NCBI RefSeq assembly: GCF_006345805.1
Contig: NC_042998.1
Span: forward strand, 148,056,001-148,120,000
Direction of reading: 5' to 3'
Length of the DNA stretch: 64,000 nt
From: Octopus sinensis
Taxonomy: Eukaryota
In this document: positions 51,844 through 64,000 of the stretch, piece after piece
Layout: the number at the start of each line of letters is the position of its first letter
How positions within the stretch are numbered: the stretch's first letter is position 1
Translations under genes and position numbers: made by a program
The notes under the pieces: model-generated
The model's input: only the letters and a program-made list of their open reading frames with translations
What the model was told of the DNA's origin: nothing
Database searches by the model: none

Positions 51844-52500
51844 TATATATATAATTCTTGCTGTCACTTTCAACAATGCCCACACCAACGTAGATCATAC
51901 TACTTTTCATTATTTCTTTATCTTCCACACTCAGACATCATCATATGCAACCTCTCCTACCTAAGCATGAATCGCACGGAGCTGGTGTCCCCAGGATGAC
52001 TCTAAATGTCACTTATCATAACTGATAATTTCACTTAGCGAAATCGCATTCTCTCCATAGCTAGAGTTACATTACAACGATTAGCTTTCTTCTATAGAGT
52101 TAGAAAACGATCTAAACCCCAACAAATTCTAATCATTAACGGAGACCCACAATGGAGTTTTGTTTCCCTGGCACTATTACTGTTTCTGCAGTTTATACAA
52201 ACACCATCCCACATCACCCACCACCCCAAAAACCTCACATCAATTCTATCACCTTCACATTCCAGTTCTGGCTTACAGACATGCCGTGCCCTTTCCTTGC
52301 CTTTTCTACTACTTTTATAATAATCTCTGTTCTTCAGAGGTGGCTGTTCTCACACCTCCTCCACCACTCATTACCATACTCTGTCTACCTCTCACAAATT
52401 CCCAGCCCTTTCTTCTCAGAACATTGATCTTTTGGAATTTCTACGCTTCACATATTTTTCTCTGTGGGTCTCGATTTGCTTTCAGCACCAATGTCACTTT
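51300..52500 (+). mobile_element. Highly degenerate CR1/L2-like LINE pieces split by a microsatellite
   Basis: Residual FGE...AIKR.PDHVW, WFNDFLSD and a C-terminal LRTLIFWN-like segment; weak similarity, ends approximate. Confidence 0.4.
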
Positions 52501-53813
52501 TCTCGCCGGCAGAGAAGAGGCATTTGCGTTGGCAATAAGTTCAACTCCCTCTCTCTGTGTACCAAGACAATAATAAACAATAGTAATAGAAAAACGTATG
52601 TTTTAATAATTAACAACTGTGTCCGAGATGTAGGTAGGCTCTATTGATTCTTTGTCTCCTGATCCATAAAAGGGTTGTTTGGGCATGAGAAATCTCATTA
52701 ACAGAATGTAATGATTAATTTTATGCAAACATAACATAGAAGTCTTAATGAAAGATTATCAATAACTTATAGAAAAAAGTCCACTCGTCTCCATGAAATA
52801 CTGCACGATGTTCATTAAACAACACTCTGGAATGGTTTCCTGTTGCCAACTTCAGGTGTAAGTGATTGTTTCAACACAAGATAACAAAGCAGTCTTTAAT
52901 AATGGTTTCTAATTTAGGCACAAAGGGAGCAATTGTATCGTCCCAGTACATAACTGGTACTTTATTTTAACGACCTCAAAGGAATGAAAAGCAGAGTGGA
53001 CCTCAGCGGAATTTAAACTTAGAATGTAAAGTACCGAATGAAATACCACTAAGAATTTTGTCCGACACTAACAAATCTGTCAAACTTACTGTCTTAAAAG
53101 AGTTTTTAATGATATTTCCGCTGCTTACAGTTCTACCAACTTGACGATATTAGATTTACATCTATATTAATATTTTCTAAAAAAACAAAACAAAACAAAA
53201 ATACAAACAAAAAAAAAAGAAAAAAAAAACAGAAAGTAGCTTGCAAGGCTAAAGAATTTGTCTTTTATACTCCAAAGTAGTCGAGCATTTCCCGCTATCA
53301 ACCACTCTTCAGTCACTTGGTTAACAAATACAAAACACTTTTGGAAACAAAATAGAAAAATTCCGTGTGCCATGAAACGGAGAACGAAACTCTGCTCACT
53401 ATCTTATGTTGACGTAAAGAACATGAGTAGTTTCCAAACATAAAAAGTTTTTTGTTTTTGTTCTTTACACCTGCAAAGAGCATGCGTCCAGTACTGTTGC
53501 TATCATTTGAATTTCTCAACAGTTGCCAGAAGAATCGTCAAACCAGAAATTCACAGAAATAAGAGAGTTGCGCTTCACTTTTCGGCAAATGAATAAACTC
53601 TACGACACATACTTGAGTACTCACATCTTTCGTTTATACATTTAACATATGTACATACACTCAAGCGTGTGTATGTGTGTGTATGTGTGTGCTTGATTAT
53701 GGATATGTGTGTTTATATATATATATATATACGTACATGCATATATATTCTTTTATTCTTTACTTGTTTCAGTCATTTGACTGCGGCCATGCTGGAGTAC
53801 CGCTTTAATGGAG

Positions 53814-53973
<160 letters not shown>

Positions 53974-54469
53974 AAAAGTATTTATTTCATAAAGATGTGG
54001 ATACAGTATATTTGTAAATTCCAAGCACATTTAGTAGTAAATTTTTTACTGTTTACACTCTTCTCACCTGCAGAGTTGGGATTTACCTAAAGAACGAGTG
54101 ATTTATGATGATTCTAATGTTCAGGTCCGTTCAAAACAACCAAAATCACAAGAAAAACAAAATTCCACCTTCAAAGTATGATAGGTGTAATATTTTAAAT
54201 ATTTGTGAAAAAAAAACAAACAAACAAAAAAAAAAAAACGATAATATCAATAAACTAAAGAATAGGACAATCATTTTCCCTTTATCTTCGTTTATTTTCT
54301 ACTAATCTGGCTTACCCTTTCTGCCATACGAAAATATTAATCTTTTAGGTTCGAAATATGTTCATATTTTCATACATGTCTTTGGTTATCTGCTGTTATA
54401 AAGGTCGATACTTGCAGTTACCTTGTAATTTAGTGATTTAAAGAATATATAGAATTTTCAAAGTAGAAT

Positions 54470-54643
54470 TAATGTTTATCGCTACCTAAATGTGGGTGTT
54501 CTATAAGAACACACGATACTGCTATATTAACCAGAGGAGGACGCCTCCTCCAGCTGGTTATTCTGTGCGCTCCGCACACGATATATATTGCCAGTATCGC
54601 CTGTTCTTATAGAACACCCACGTTTTGGTGGTGATAAACATTA
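54470..54643. repeat. Foldback (palindromic) element
   Basis: Arms taatgtttatc...gtgggtgttctataagaaca / tgttcttatagaacacccac...gataaacatta with nested inner hairpins. Confidence 0.8.
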
Positions 54644-55861
54644 TTTCTCAGTATAAATACTGCTTTCATATCTAAGAGAGATTTTCTTAACGAGCTAGTT
54701 TGCTTGTTAAAATAGAATATTTTCAGTCAAAGTAGTTCAGCTGCCTTTTTTTTAAAAATCTTTAATGAAATGTTTAACGAGAAATGTCAGTTACTAACTT
54801 GTAATAACATTTATAGTAGATTTAATAAAACGATGATTTTTCATTTAAAACGCGATTTTGTCCAAAATTTTCAAATCTGCAACTTTTGCTGATTAAACCT
54901 GCTGGCAGGAATTTACCTACAGGACGTGTGCTTTTCGACAAGTAAAAATTTATCTGTGTCCTATTCTTATGAAACATCTTGCATACACACACATACACAC
55001 ACACGCACACGCACGCACACACGCACATACACACACATACATACTCACATACACATAGATACACACACACACGCACACACGAAATATGTAAAGAATATTT
55101 TAAATATACACCGTATTGTTTGTACACTGATTGAGAACTGTCTCGCTGTTCACATGTTCTAAACGTTATTATTTTTACTGTTGTTAGTTCTAGGTCATGT
55201 CTTTTTAAGCAGACCTATAATCAGAGTTGTTCCAGCCCTGACCATCCCGTCCTATTTAAAGCATAGTGTATCTAGGGCTGCATTAGTCAATGCGTCTTTC
55301 CATTTTTGAAATGTAAATGCGGTATAAATTGAGGGACATTCAGTTGGCTATTTCTAGGAGGTTGGACTACTGCGTAGAGAGTTTTTATACATAAATTTTT
55401 TAGATAGCAGGACCTCGCCTATTTTTCTCTTTCATTCAAGTAGTGATGATAGCCATTTCGAAGGTCTGTCGATCAGAAATTACACCGGTTTTCATTAGAC
55501 GGGTATAATAGTAAAAATTTATCATGAAAATTCTGGCTGGATTATTGCAATTTGAATAATTGCATCTAAAATGCATGATAAGGCCAGTAAATAACATAAC
55601 GAAACACTGAAGGGTTCACATCTACAATGTAACTAAAATCTGTGATGTCTGACCAATTTTATGATGGCTGTGTGGTTAAGAAGCTTACTTTGTAATCACG
55701 TGTTTTGGGGTTCAGTCCCACTGTGTGGCACCTTGAAATGGTGTCTTTTAATACAAACCTGGATAGACCAATACCTTTTGAGAGAATATGATTTGACGGA
55801 AACTGTTTGAAAGCCTGTCGTGTATACACACACATGTATATATATATATATATATAATATA

Positions 55862-55913
<52 letters not shown>

Positions 55914-56507
55914 TATATATGTGTGTGTGTGTGTATAACTATGTGTATAACTGTGTGTCTTTGTGCGTGTGTGTGTGTGTGTTTGACCTTCACAACCAAT
56001 GATGTATATTTACGTCTCCGTAACTTAGCGGGTCGGCAAACTACCCAACAGAATGAATGTGAAACTTAAAAAGAAGTAACTAGTCGGACCGATCTGTTCG
56101 ACTAAAGTCCTTCAAAGACAGTGTCCCAACATAGCCACAGTCAAGTTACACAAGTAAATGATAAAAGATACTCTTGCCTTCATCATCATCATCATTGTTT
56201 AACGTCCCTTTTCCATGCTGCCAGAGGACTTACACTAACTTGTATAACTAATTAAACTATAGCTGTATATCTAATTAAAACAAACCCGTTAATACAATTA
56301 AAATGAATTTGTATATACGCGTCCTTTAAAAGGTTGGTTGTAAAAATATTTTTTCCCACAAATTTTGGATTAGTATCATAAAACGAATGCCTTCGCCCTC
56401 ATCCCGCACAAGCAAATACATATATACGAATATGCTTGCATACATACATGCACATAAATGCAGATATATACATACATACATGCATGCAAACGTACATATA
56501 TGTACAC

Positions 56508-56970
56508 AGGCGTGATTGTGTGGTAAGAAGCTTGCTTCCAAACCACATGGTTCCGGGTTCAGTCCCACTGCGTGATACCTTGAGAAAGTGTCTTCTACTA
56601 TAGTCTCGGGCCGACCAAAGCCTTGTGAGTGGATTTGGTAAACAGAAACTGAAAGAAGCCCGTCGTATATATATGTTTGTGTGTCTGTGTTTGTCCCCCA
56701 ACCATCGCTTGACAACTGATGGTGGTGTATTTACGCCCCTGTAACTTAGCAGTTCGGTATAATAGGGTGATAGAATAAGTACTAAGCTTACAAAGAATAA
56801 GTCGTGGGGTCGATTTGTTCCATGCTTCAGTAGTGAAGAAACATTTCCGAAAGTCATTGGAGCTGTGTTGTTTTCTGACTTTGTAGGCATGCCCACGTGT
56901 GTTAGACACAAAAAGGCGGTGTTCCAGCATGGCCGCAGTCAAATGACCGAAACAAGTTAAAAAATAAAAG
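56508..56970 (+). mobile_element. Composite tRNA-derived SINE carrying an antisense CR1 fragment
   Basis: tRNA-like head gtgtggtaagaagcttgcttcc...ggttcagtcccactgcg; family also seen near 47955, 55660, 61400, 61980 and 63530; 56821-56910 is reverse-complement CR1 sequence. Confidence 0.75.
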
Positions 56971-57111
56971 AAAAAATACAAAAATACATGTATGCATATG
57001 TAATATACATGCATACGTTTGCGTATATATACAAATGCTTGTATACATGTAGGCTACGTGCATAAATACGTGCATAGATCTATATATACATAAATTCATA
57101 CATACATGCAT

Positions 57112-57142
<31 letters not shown>

Positions 57143-57291
57143 TACACGCACACATACACACACACATATATCACTGTGACTACTGTGACCGACCAGGCTA
57201 TCAGATGTTGCTATACATCGCTGGTCACAATGCGCTTCGCATTGTTTTAGCCTTCAAATGACGCTACCCCACTGGCTAAGCGAGCAGGCCA

Positions 57292-57339
<48 letters not shown>

Positions 57340-57849
57340 GTTAGCTAGATAAATACATACATACATACATGTGTATGCATGTTGATTTGATCATGATATA
57401 TTTACCTTAAACACGCGTGCATGTGTGTTCGTTGACATGTTCTTAATACATTTACGTTGTTCGTTACCATTTGAACTGTAGCGAGGCCCCTACTAGGCTT
57501 TGAACCAACTTAGGACCACTGTCTATGCACAGCCATGAAAGGCAAAGCCAGTTGTAAATTAAAAATATATTGTCACGCTAGCAAAGACATTTTTCTTGCT
57601 AAATAGGCTGGCCAAGCTTTCTAGAAACTCCGTTAGTCGTTATAAAAAAGCTGAGATTTTCAACTCCCTGACAGAAAGTTCTGAGCTGCTACTCGAAGTT
57701 ATGTAAGTCAACTTTGTGATAAGGCGTTCTCATTCTTAGTACTTTATTTTGTTTTTAGTAACTATCAGCTGTCTTTGTATTACTATTTAATACTTTGAAA
57801 AATTGTACTTATTCTTCACCCTATGAGATGTCATTCTTCATCCTATGAG

Positions 57850-58800
57850 ATGTCATTCGGTGTACCGCGGGGATCTGTTCTTGGTCCCCTTTTGTTTGTT
57901 GCATACATTAATGGCATAGATATCAGCTTAAAGAATGCTACAGTGCTGAAATATGCAAATGACATCAAGCTGTACCTTGAGATAAAAAGGACAGATCTTG
58001 AACACTATAGATCTTACCTGACACATTGCAACAATGGATCACGGACTGGCAGCTCAAATTGGCTGTGGGCAAGTGTAACACCATGCATTTTGGGAGGGAA
58101 AATCCAGCGTCTATATACTCTCTCCACAACACTGATATCAAGAGGTCTTCTTGTGAACGTGACCTGGGCATTACTGTCGGCAGCGATTTGCGCTGGACAA
58201 AGCACATCTCTAAAATTGTCAAGAAGGCCAAAGGTGTCTTGGCAAGACCTTTGTCAGTCGCTCTCCAGCTATCTATTTAAGGCTGTATATGGCTATGGTG
58301 CGGCCACGCATGGAATTTGCATCACCAGTCTGGAAACCCTATCTTGTTCAGGACATTGACCTGTAAACTATTCAGAGATGTGCAACCAAGCGAATATGCT
58401 CCATCAGGCATCTACCATACTCTGAACGCCTTACTTCCCTGGGCATAGATACATTGAAGCTCCGACGTCTGACAACTGACTTGGTAAACACCCACAAAAT
58501 TATTAACCATCGTGCCAACAACCACCTTGAGAACCTTTTTGAACTTCATGTGTCTAACAAACATTGGCATGCCTACAAAGTCAGAAAACAGCACAACTCC
58601 TATGACTTTCGGAGACATTTTTTCTCACACAGAGTTGCTGAAGCATGGAACAAACTACCTGCATCAGTTGTTAGTTGCCGAGACATTGCATTCTTTAAAA
58701 CCTCCATACTTCCTGAAATTCGGCAATACTGCACCGGATATGTCCACTCCATACACATGCACACATGTATATCATGATTCATACACTGTTCACTTTCCTG
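57850..58800 (+). mobile_element. 5'-truncated CR1-type LINE
   Basis: GVPRGSVLGPLLF, KYANDIKLY, WQLKLAVGKC, ERDLGITV and FFSHRVAEAWNKLP motifs with frameshifts; 22-bp tandem duplication at the 5' junction (about 57813-57856). Confidence 0.88.
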
Positions 58801-58883
58801 ACTTTTGTACATAATTCTATGTACTGTACATGCACACACAATAATTTTATCATTATTTATTCAACTGTTGTATTTTAACTGTA

Positions 58884-58942
<59 letters not shown>

Positions 58943-58961
58943 TATATATATGTAATATATA

Positions 58962-59357
58962 TCTTTATATATAAAAGAGAGGTTGTGTGTCTGTCTCCTA
59001 TGATTTAGATTCCTAACTACTCCCACATTTTGCGGTGCAGTTTAACCAAAACCGGGTATCTTATAGTCGTGATTCATATCGAGCCCTTCTGGGTATTAGC
59101 GCGCGTCTACGATGAGTCTACGATTTTAAAAAAAATTACCATCATTTTTCTTCCATTTTAATGCATTTTTTCGATATTATATAAGGGAAGTAACTCTCTA
59201 AAAATGTCTACGATGAGTCAACGATTTAAAAAAAATTACCATAATTTTTTTTCCATTTTTAATGCATTTTTTTGCTATTTTTTGGCTATAACTCTCTAAA
59301 AATGCTTATATAGTTATTTCCCTTACAAACCCGAGCGACGCCGGGCGATACTGCTAG
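58962..59357 (+). mobile_element. Non-autonomous Helitron
   Basis: A|TC start, imperfect hairpin cccgagcgacgccggg (59330-59345), CTAG|T end; 3' end shared with 50127-50503. Confidence 0.75.
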
Positions 59358-59374
59358 TATAATATATAATATAT

Positions 59375-59420
<46 letters not shown>

Positions 59421-59591
59421 TATATATATATGTATTGTTGTTGTTGTTTGTTCCTTCTCGGGCCACGCCTGGCTCATAAGGGCCGGTTTCCTTGGGGTAT
59501 ATGTTCCCCACCTCGAACTTGTGATCCCTCAACCGCGAGTCTGCTGCTCTAACCACTAGGCCATGTGCCTCCACACACACACATACACACA

Positions 59592-59630
<39 letters not shown>

Positions 59631-60229
59631 TGAATAATGTAAGAAAATGGAGAGTTGAGAATGTATAGTTTGTATCATAGTTTGTTGCTAAGATATAAAT
59701 ACAAATAAATTTTAAAATACACAATAGAAAACTCAAAAACCTACATATGTTACGATACAGGTCCCTTGGTAATGCACAATTCAAAGCATTTGGGTCAAAT
59801 CCAATGTATAGGAAACAACATGTTAAACTTCTTTAGCTGTAGATTTGAATCCCTTCAAGAAAGATGTAACCTTCGTTATTGTTAAAAAAAAAACCCTGAA
59901 TAGATCCTGCCCCATACAGCTTAAATTGATTTAATTGGATTGAACCCAAATGCTTTGAATTATGCATTACTAAGTGCCCAGTATCGAAACATATGTAGGT
60001 TTTTGTGTCTTCTATTGTGTTTTTAAAAAAATTATTTGTATTTATATCTTAACAACAAACTATGATACAAATAAATTAACTATATATCCTATATATCCTC
60101 TGCATTTTCTTACATTATTAATAATCCATAACATATTGTGGAAATTTTCTTCTAATGTGATGGATATTAAACCAATGAAATTTTGGATCCATTAATCCCT
60201 AATGAGGTTATGACATCCTTGAATTGACT

Positions 60230-60277
<48 letters not shown>

Positions 60278-60297
60278 GCGAGCGTGTGTGGGCATAC

Positions 60298-60404
60298 TCT
60301 TCTTTATATACATCAGCAATGACTTTCTCAATGGTAATGGCTTCACTGAATATTGCACTTTTTTCCTCAATAAATTGCACTTCATATTCTTGGCTCCGCT
60401 GCAG
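60298..60404 (-). CDS. Candidate coding exon of an unidentified gene
   Basis: cctatag| ... aga|gtatgc; open frame LQRSQEYEVQFIEEKSAIFSEAITIEKVIADVYKE; weak polypyrimidine tract; no homology recognised. Confidence 0.3.
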
Positions 60405-60786
60405 CTATAGGATGTTATTCAGGCACTCAGCATCTCACTGCATCTCATAGCAGAAACTGATGTAAGCTAATGAAGTTCATAACATAACCATTGTTTTTTC
60501 TTTTTTTCTTAGCTGAAACATGTAAAAGAGTAAAAGATTTCACTTTATATACATAGATATACTTTATTTCCCGTTGCTCCACTCTACTCAGCTGGTGACA
60601 ATGTACCTGTATTTCAAAGCGCCAGTCTTGTCATATTCTGTTTCATGTTGAATCTCCCTGAGAACTACGTTTAAGGGTACACGTGTCTGTGGAGCGCTCA
60701 GCCACTTGCACTTAATTTGACGAGCAGCCTGTTCCCTTGATCGGATCAACTAGAACACTCGCCATCGTGACCGATGGAGTGCCAGT

Positions 60787-60871
<85 letters not shown>

Positions 60872-61164
60872 GTGGGGCAATGTTTCAACAATTAGAAAAA
60901 CACACACTCAGCTAAGAGAGAAAATGTACTCTTAATTAAAAGCCACAAATCTCAGAATTACAGTTAATAAAAATCTATAAGAATTAATGATAATATTAGT
61001 TTAGTCATTATGACTGCATCACACAGCCCACCAGATGTTATTGGTCCATAATTATTTAATAACACAAATTCATTAGCGTATTTAATAACCCAATTTCCAC
61101 ACAAAAGAAACATTTAAACACCTGTTTTTAAATCTATTCATGTGTATGTTTCTGCCTGTTCTTT

Positions 61165-61530
61165 TATCTTTTATCTTTTACTCGTTTCAGTCATTAGACT
61201 GCAGCCATGCTGGGGCACCGTCTTGTAGAATTTTTAGCTGAACAGATCAACCCCAGTAATTATTTTTTTAAAGCCTGGTACTTATTCTATCGGCTTCTTT
61301 CGCCGAACCGCTAAGTTATGAGGACGTAAACACACCAACACCGGCTGTCAGTCGATGGTGAGGGAAAAAGACAGGCATCAATATATGTATACGCGATGGG
61401 CTTCTTTCAGTTTCTGTCTACCAAATCCGCTCAAAAAGTTTTGGTTGGCCCGTGGCTATAATAGAAGACACTTGCCCAAGGTTCCACGCAGTGGAACTGA
61501 ACCGGAGACCATGTGGTTGGGAAGCAAACA
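61165..61530 (-). mobile_element. tRNA-derived SINE (composite)
   Basis: Reverse complement of the family at 56508-56970 (ctttcagtttctgtctaccaaatcc...gtggaactgaaccggagaccatgtggttgggaagc). Ends approximate. Confidence 0.7.
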
Positions 61531-61647
61531 CATCTAAACATATGTTTATTTCACTTAAGTATATGTGTATCGATGCAGTTGTGTTATCCGTCTCTTTTTA
61601 AACACATCTAAACATGTATTTATTTAATTTCAATCTGTTCCTCCTAG

Positions 61648-61760
61648 AACATTCTGACGATTTACATGACTTGTACTCTCCGGATGTCTCTATGAATGTG
61701 GACGCTATATCTTATGAAACGCAATATAATGAAAACCAGTTTTCGGAGAAACTTCAAGAG
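61648..61760 (+). CDS. Candidate coding exon of an unidentified gene (phase 1-0)
   Basis: Acceptor aatctgttcctcctag and donor gag|gtaagg; open frame (E)HSDDLHDLYSPDVSMNVDAISYETQYNENQFSEKLQE; no homology recognised. Confidence 0.4.
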
Positions 61761-63453
61761 GTAAGGGCTCACAGAATATGGTTGTTGTTGCTGATGTTGT
61801 TGTTGTTGTTCACTCCCAGATCATCCCGCTTAAGCAGACTTATAATCAAACCCCAAACCCGTTTATTTTTTCTGCGCCTGGAACAACTTTGTTCAGTATT
61901 TTTTTCCTTGTATTGAAAACTGCAGAGTTTGAGTTGAAGGTAGGTTTGACTGCTATTTCTAATAAGCCAAGCAATTACTTGGTTGTGTGGTTGAGAAGTT
62001 TGCTTCTCAACGATGTGCTTTCTTCGGGTTTAGCTCCACTATGTGGTACCTTGGACAAGCGTTTTCTACTGTACTCCATGACTCTGACTCAAAATTTCTG
62101 AGTTGATGTGGTAGACGGAAACTGAAGGAAGCCTGATTTGCGGTTTCTGATCGAAAAATCCTTTTCATTATCGTACATTGGGAGCTCAATAATTTTTACG
62201 GGTTTTATATAAGATCTAATGAGTTATATTTCTGTGTGCGTTTCCTTATTAGTTGGCACATGAATAGGTCTTTGATTGGCGTTAATTAGCGCCAACATTT
62301 TCCCTCTGAAGTGGCCCTCCATTCCCAACAGCTTCAGGTTGCCCAGAAGAAGGATGTTGTTACAAGTATCATCAAGACAATTTCAAGGCAATTATCTTCC
62401 AATCACCTTTTAGGTTTGAAAGGCGGTTGATAGATAACACATAATTTGAGGTTTTCTGTGTTACATGGACAACCATCAACTGATATGAATAAGGGACACT
62501 CAAGCAGTGATATTTCCCCTGCAATACGCAACCATTCCGACTGTAAATTCCAACAAGCATCCACTTTGACTTTCCCCCTTCCGGGATTGATAAAAGAAAA
62601 CAAAATATCAATTAAGTACACCAATAGATGTCATCGACTTTACCCCCCACCCACACACCACACTACTCCACAAAAATTGTGACCACTGCCTTATGTTTAC
62701 CATAACCTCCTCCTCCCCCCTCCTCTTCAGCCCCCTCCCATCCCCACCTCCTCCTCCTCCTCCTCCTCCTCCTCCTCCTCCAGATAAGCAAACAGGTGTC
62801 ATAATTCTCACTTGTATAGGTTCACACATCAGCAGTAACAAAACATCAATATATATGTATATCAATATATATATATGTATGTATACACATATATATGTAC
62901 ATATATATATATGTTTGTGTGTGTACATATATGTAAATACACACGCACACCCACACACCACTCATCCACACCCACACCCACACACCCACACCCACACACC
63001 ACACACCCACACCACACACCCACACCCACATGTACGTATCTTTTCATTGTTTTGATGTGGTGGAGGGGGACGTGTAAATGGCGAATGGGAACTGTGGAAA
63101 GAAGAGGAAGAGATAGTGTATAAAAATGTGTATGTATGTGTGTGTGCTGATGTTTATACAAACATCAATCACACACCAGCACACACACATACATACACAT
63201 TTTAATGTTAATATTTTTCAACTTTTTTCTTCTGTATTTGTTTCTGTCAATAAACTACGGCCATGTTAGGACACCACCTTGAAGGGTTTAGGAGAAATAA
63301 ATCGGTCTCAGTTCTTAGGTCCTTTTTCAGTCCGGCTCTTATTCTAATGGTATCTCTATCCTGAACCGCCAAGTTATGTAACATAAATTATTCAACTTTG
63401 GTTGTGCAGCGGTGTGAAGGCAAACGCGAATACGCGCGTGCGCGCACACACAT

Positions 63454-63501
<48 letters not shown>

Positions 63502-64000
63502 ACGCACACACACGCGCACACACATGCACACATACATACATTCGATTGGCTTCCACATAATTGCTGTCTACCAAATTAACTCACAAAGCATTGGTCGGGG
63601 CTTGAGGTGATAGTAGAAGACAAGTCCAAGGTGCCATTCAATGGGATTAAACCCCAAATCCCACGGTTGCGAAGCAAGTTTCTTAAACTTACAGACATGC
63701 CTGCTCCTAATGCCTATGATAATAGTTGTCATTGTATTACATATAGGGTTAGTGACAGTATATATGTATTAATGCAGTTTGTGTGAGTATGTTAGTGGTT
63801 CATAATCTAATCGTAGTTGTGTGTTTATGGTAATGTCAATGCTGTTGTGTAGACCTAGAGGACGTTTGAACGACCAGTCCCGTAATATACCCTTAAGCGA
63901 AAGGAATATCGTCGCAGCTGTGACTCATAAGAATATTAGACATAATTCGCCCTTCTTGAGGTTTGTCAAAAAACATGTACCCATTTGTCACATGCTTCAA

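Noticed and set aside
59511-59574. tRNA-like sequence with A and B boxes on the minus strand, and similar heads elsewhere
   Set aside because: No full cloverleaf; continues into repeat body sequence, so these are SINE heads rather than tRNA genes.

Overview
AT-rich, microsatellite-dense eukaryotic genomic DNA. The SINE and RTE families and the composition suggest a coleoid cephalopod such as Octopus (inference from recalled family motifs, not a database search). The left part holds the last three coding exons of a casein kinase 1 gamma gene (+ strand; 1434-1538, 22447-22553, 24098-24146, ending ...VEVVDETKCCFFRRRKKKKNRQS*). Its introns contain a 5'-truncated RTE LINE, Tc1/mariner, piggyBac, hAT and Chapaev-like remnants, and a probable very long 3' UTR follows. 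This part is CpG-depleted up to about 38.4 kb and CpG-rich beyond. The most notable feature is a young, near-intact ~5 kb Penelope-like retroelement (Neptune type, - strand, 41083-46093) inserted in a (TA)n tract. It has two ~0.7 kb direct repeats (pseudo-LTRs) with no substitutions that I could find, each carrying a variant minimal hammerhead ribozyme, a 427-aa ORF1 of unknown function, and an RT + GIY-YIG ORF2 in the +1 frame. A 23-nt piece of its own RT gene is copied at its 5' junction. The rest is SINEs, non-autonomous Helitrons, CR1 and mariner remnants, foldbacks and a few unassigned candidate exons. No CRISPR arrays, rRNA genes or true tRNA genes were found.
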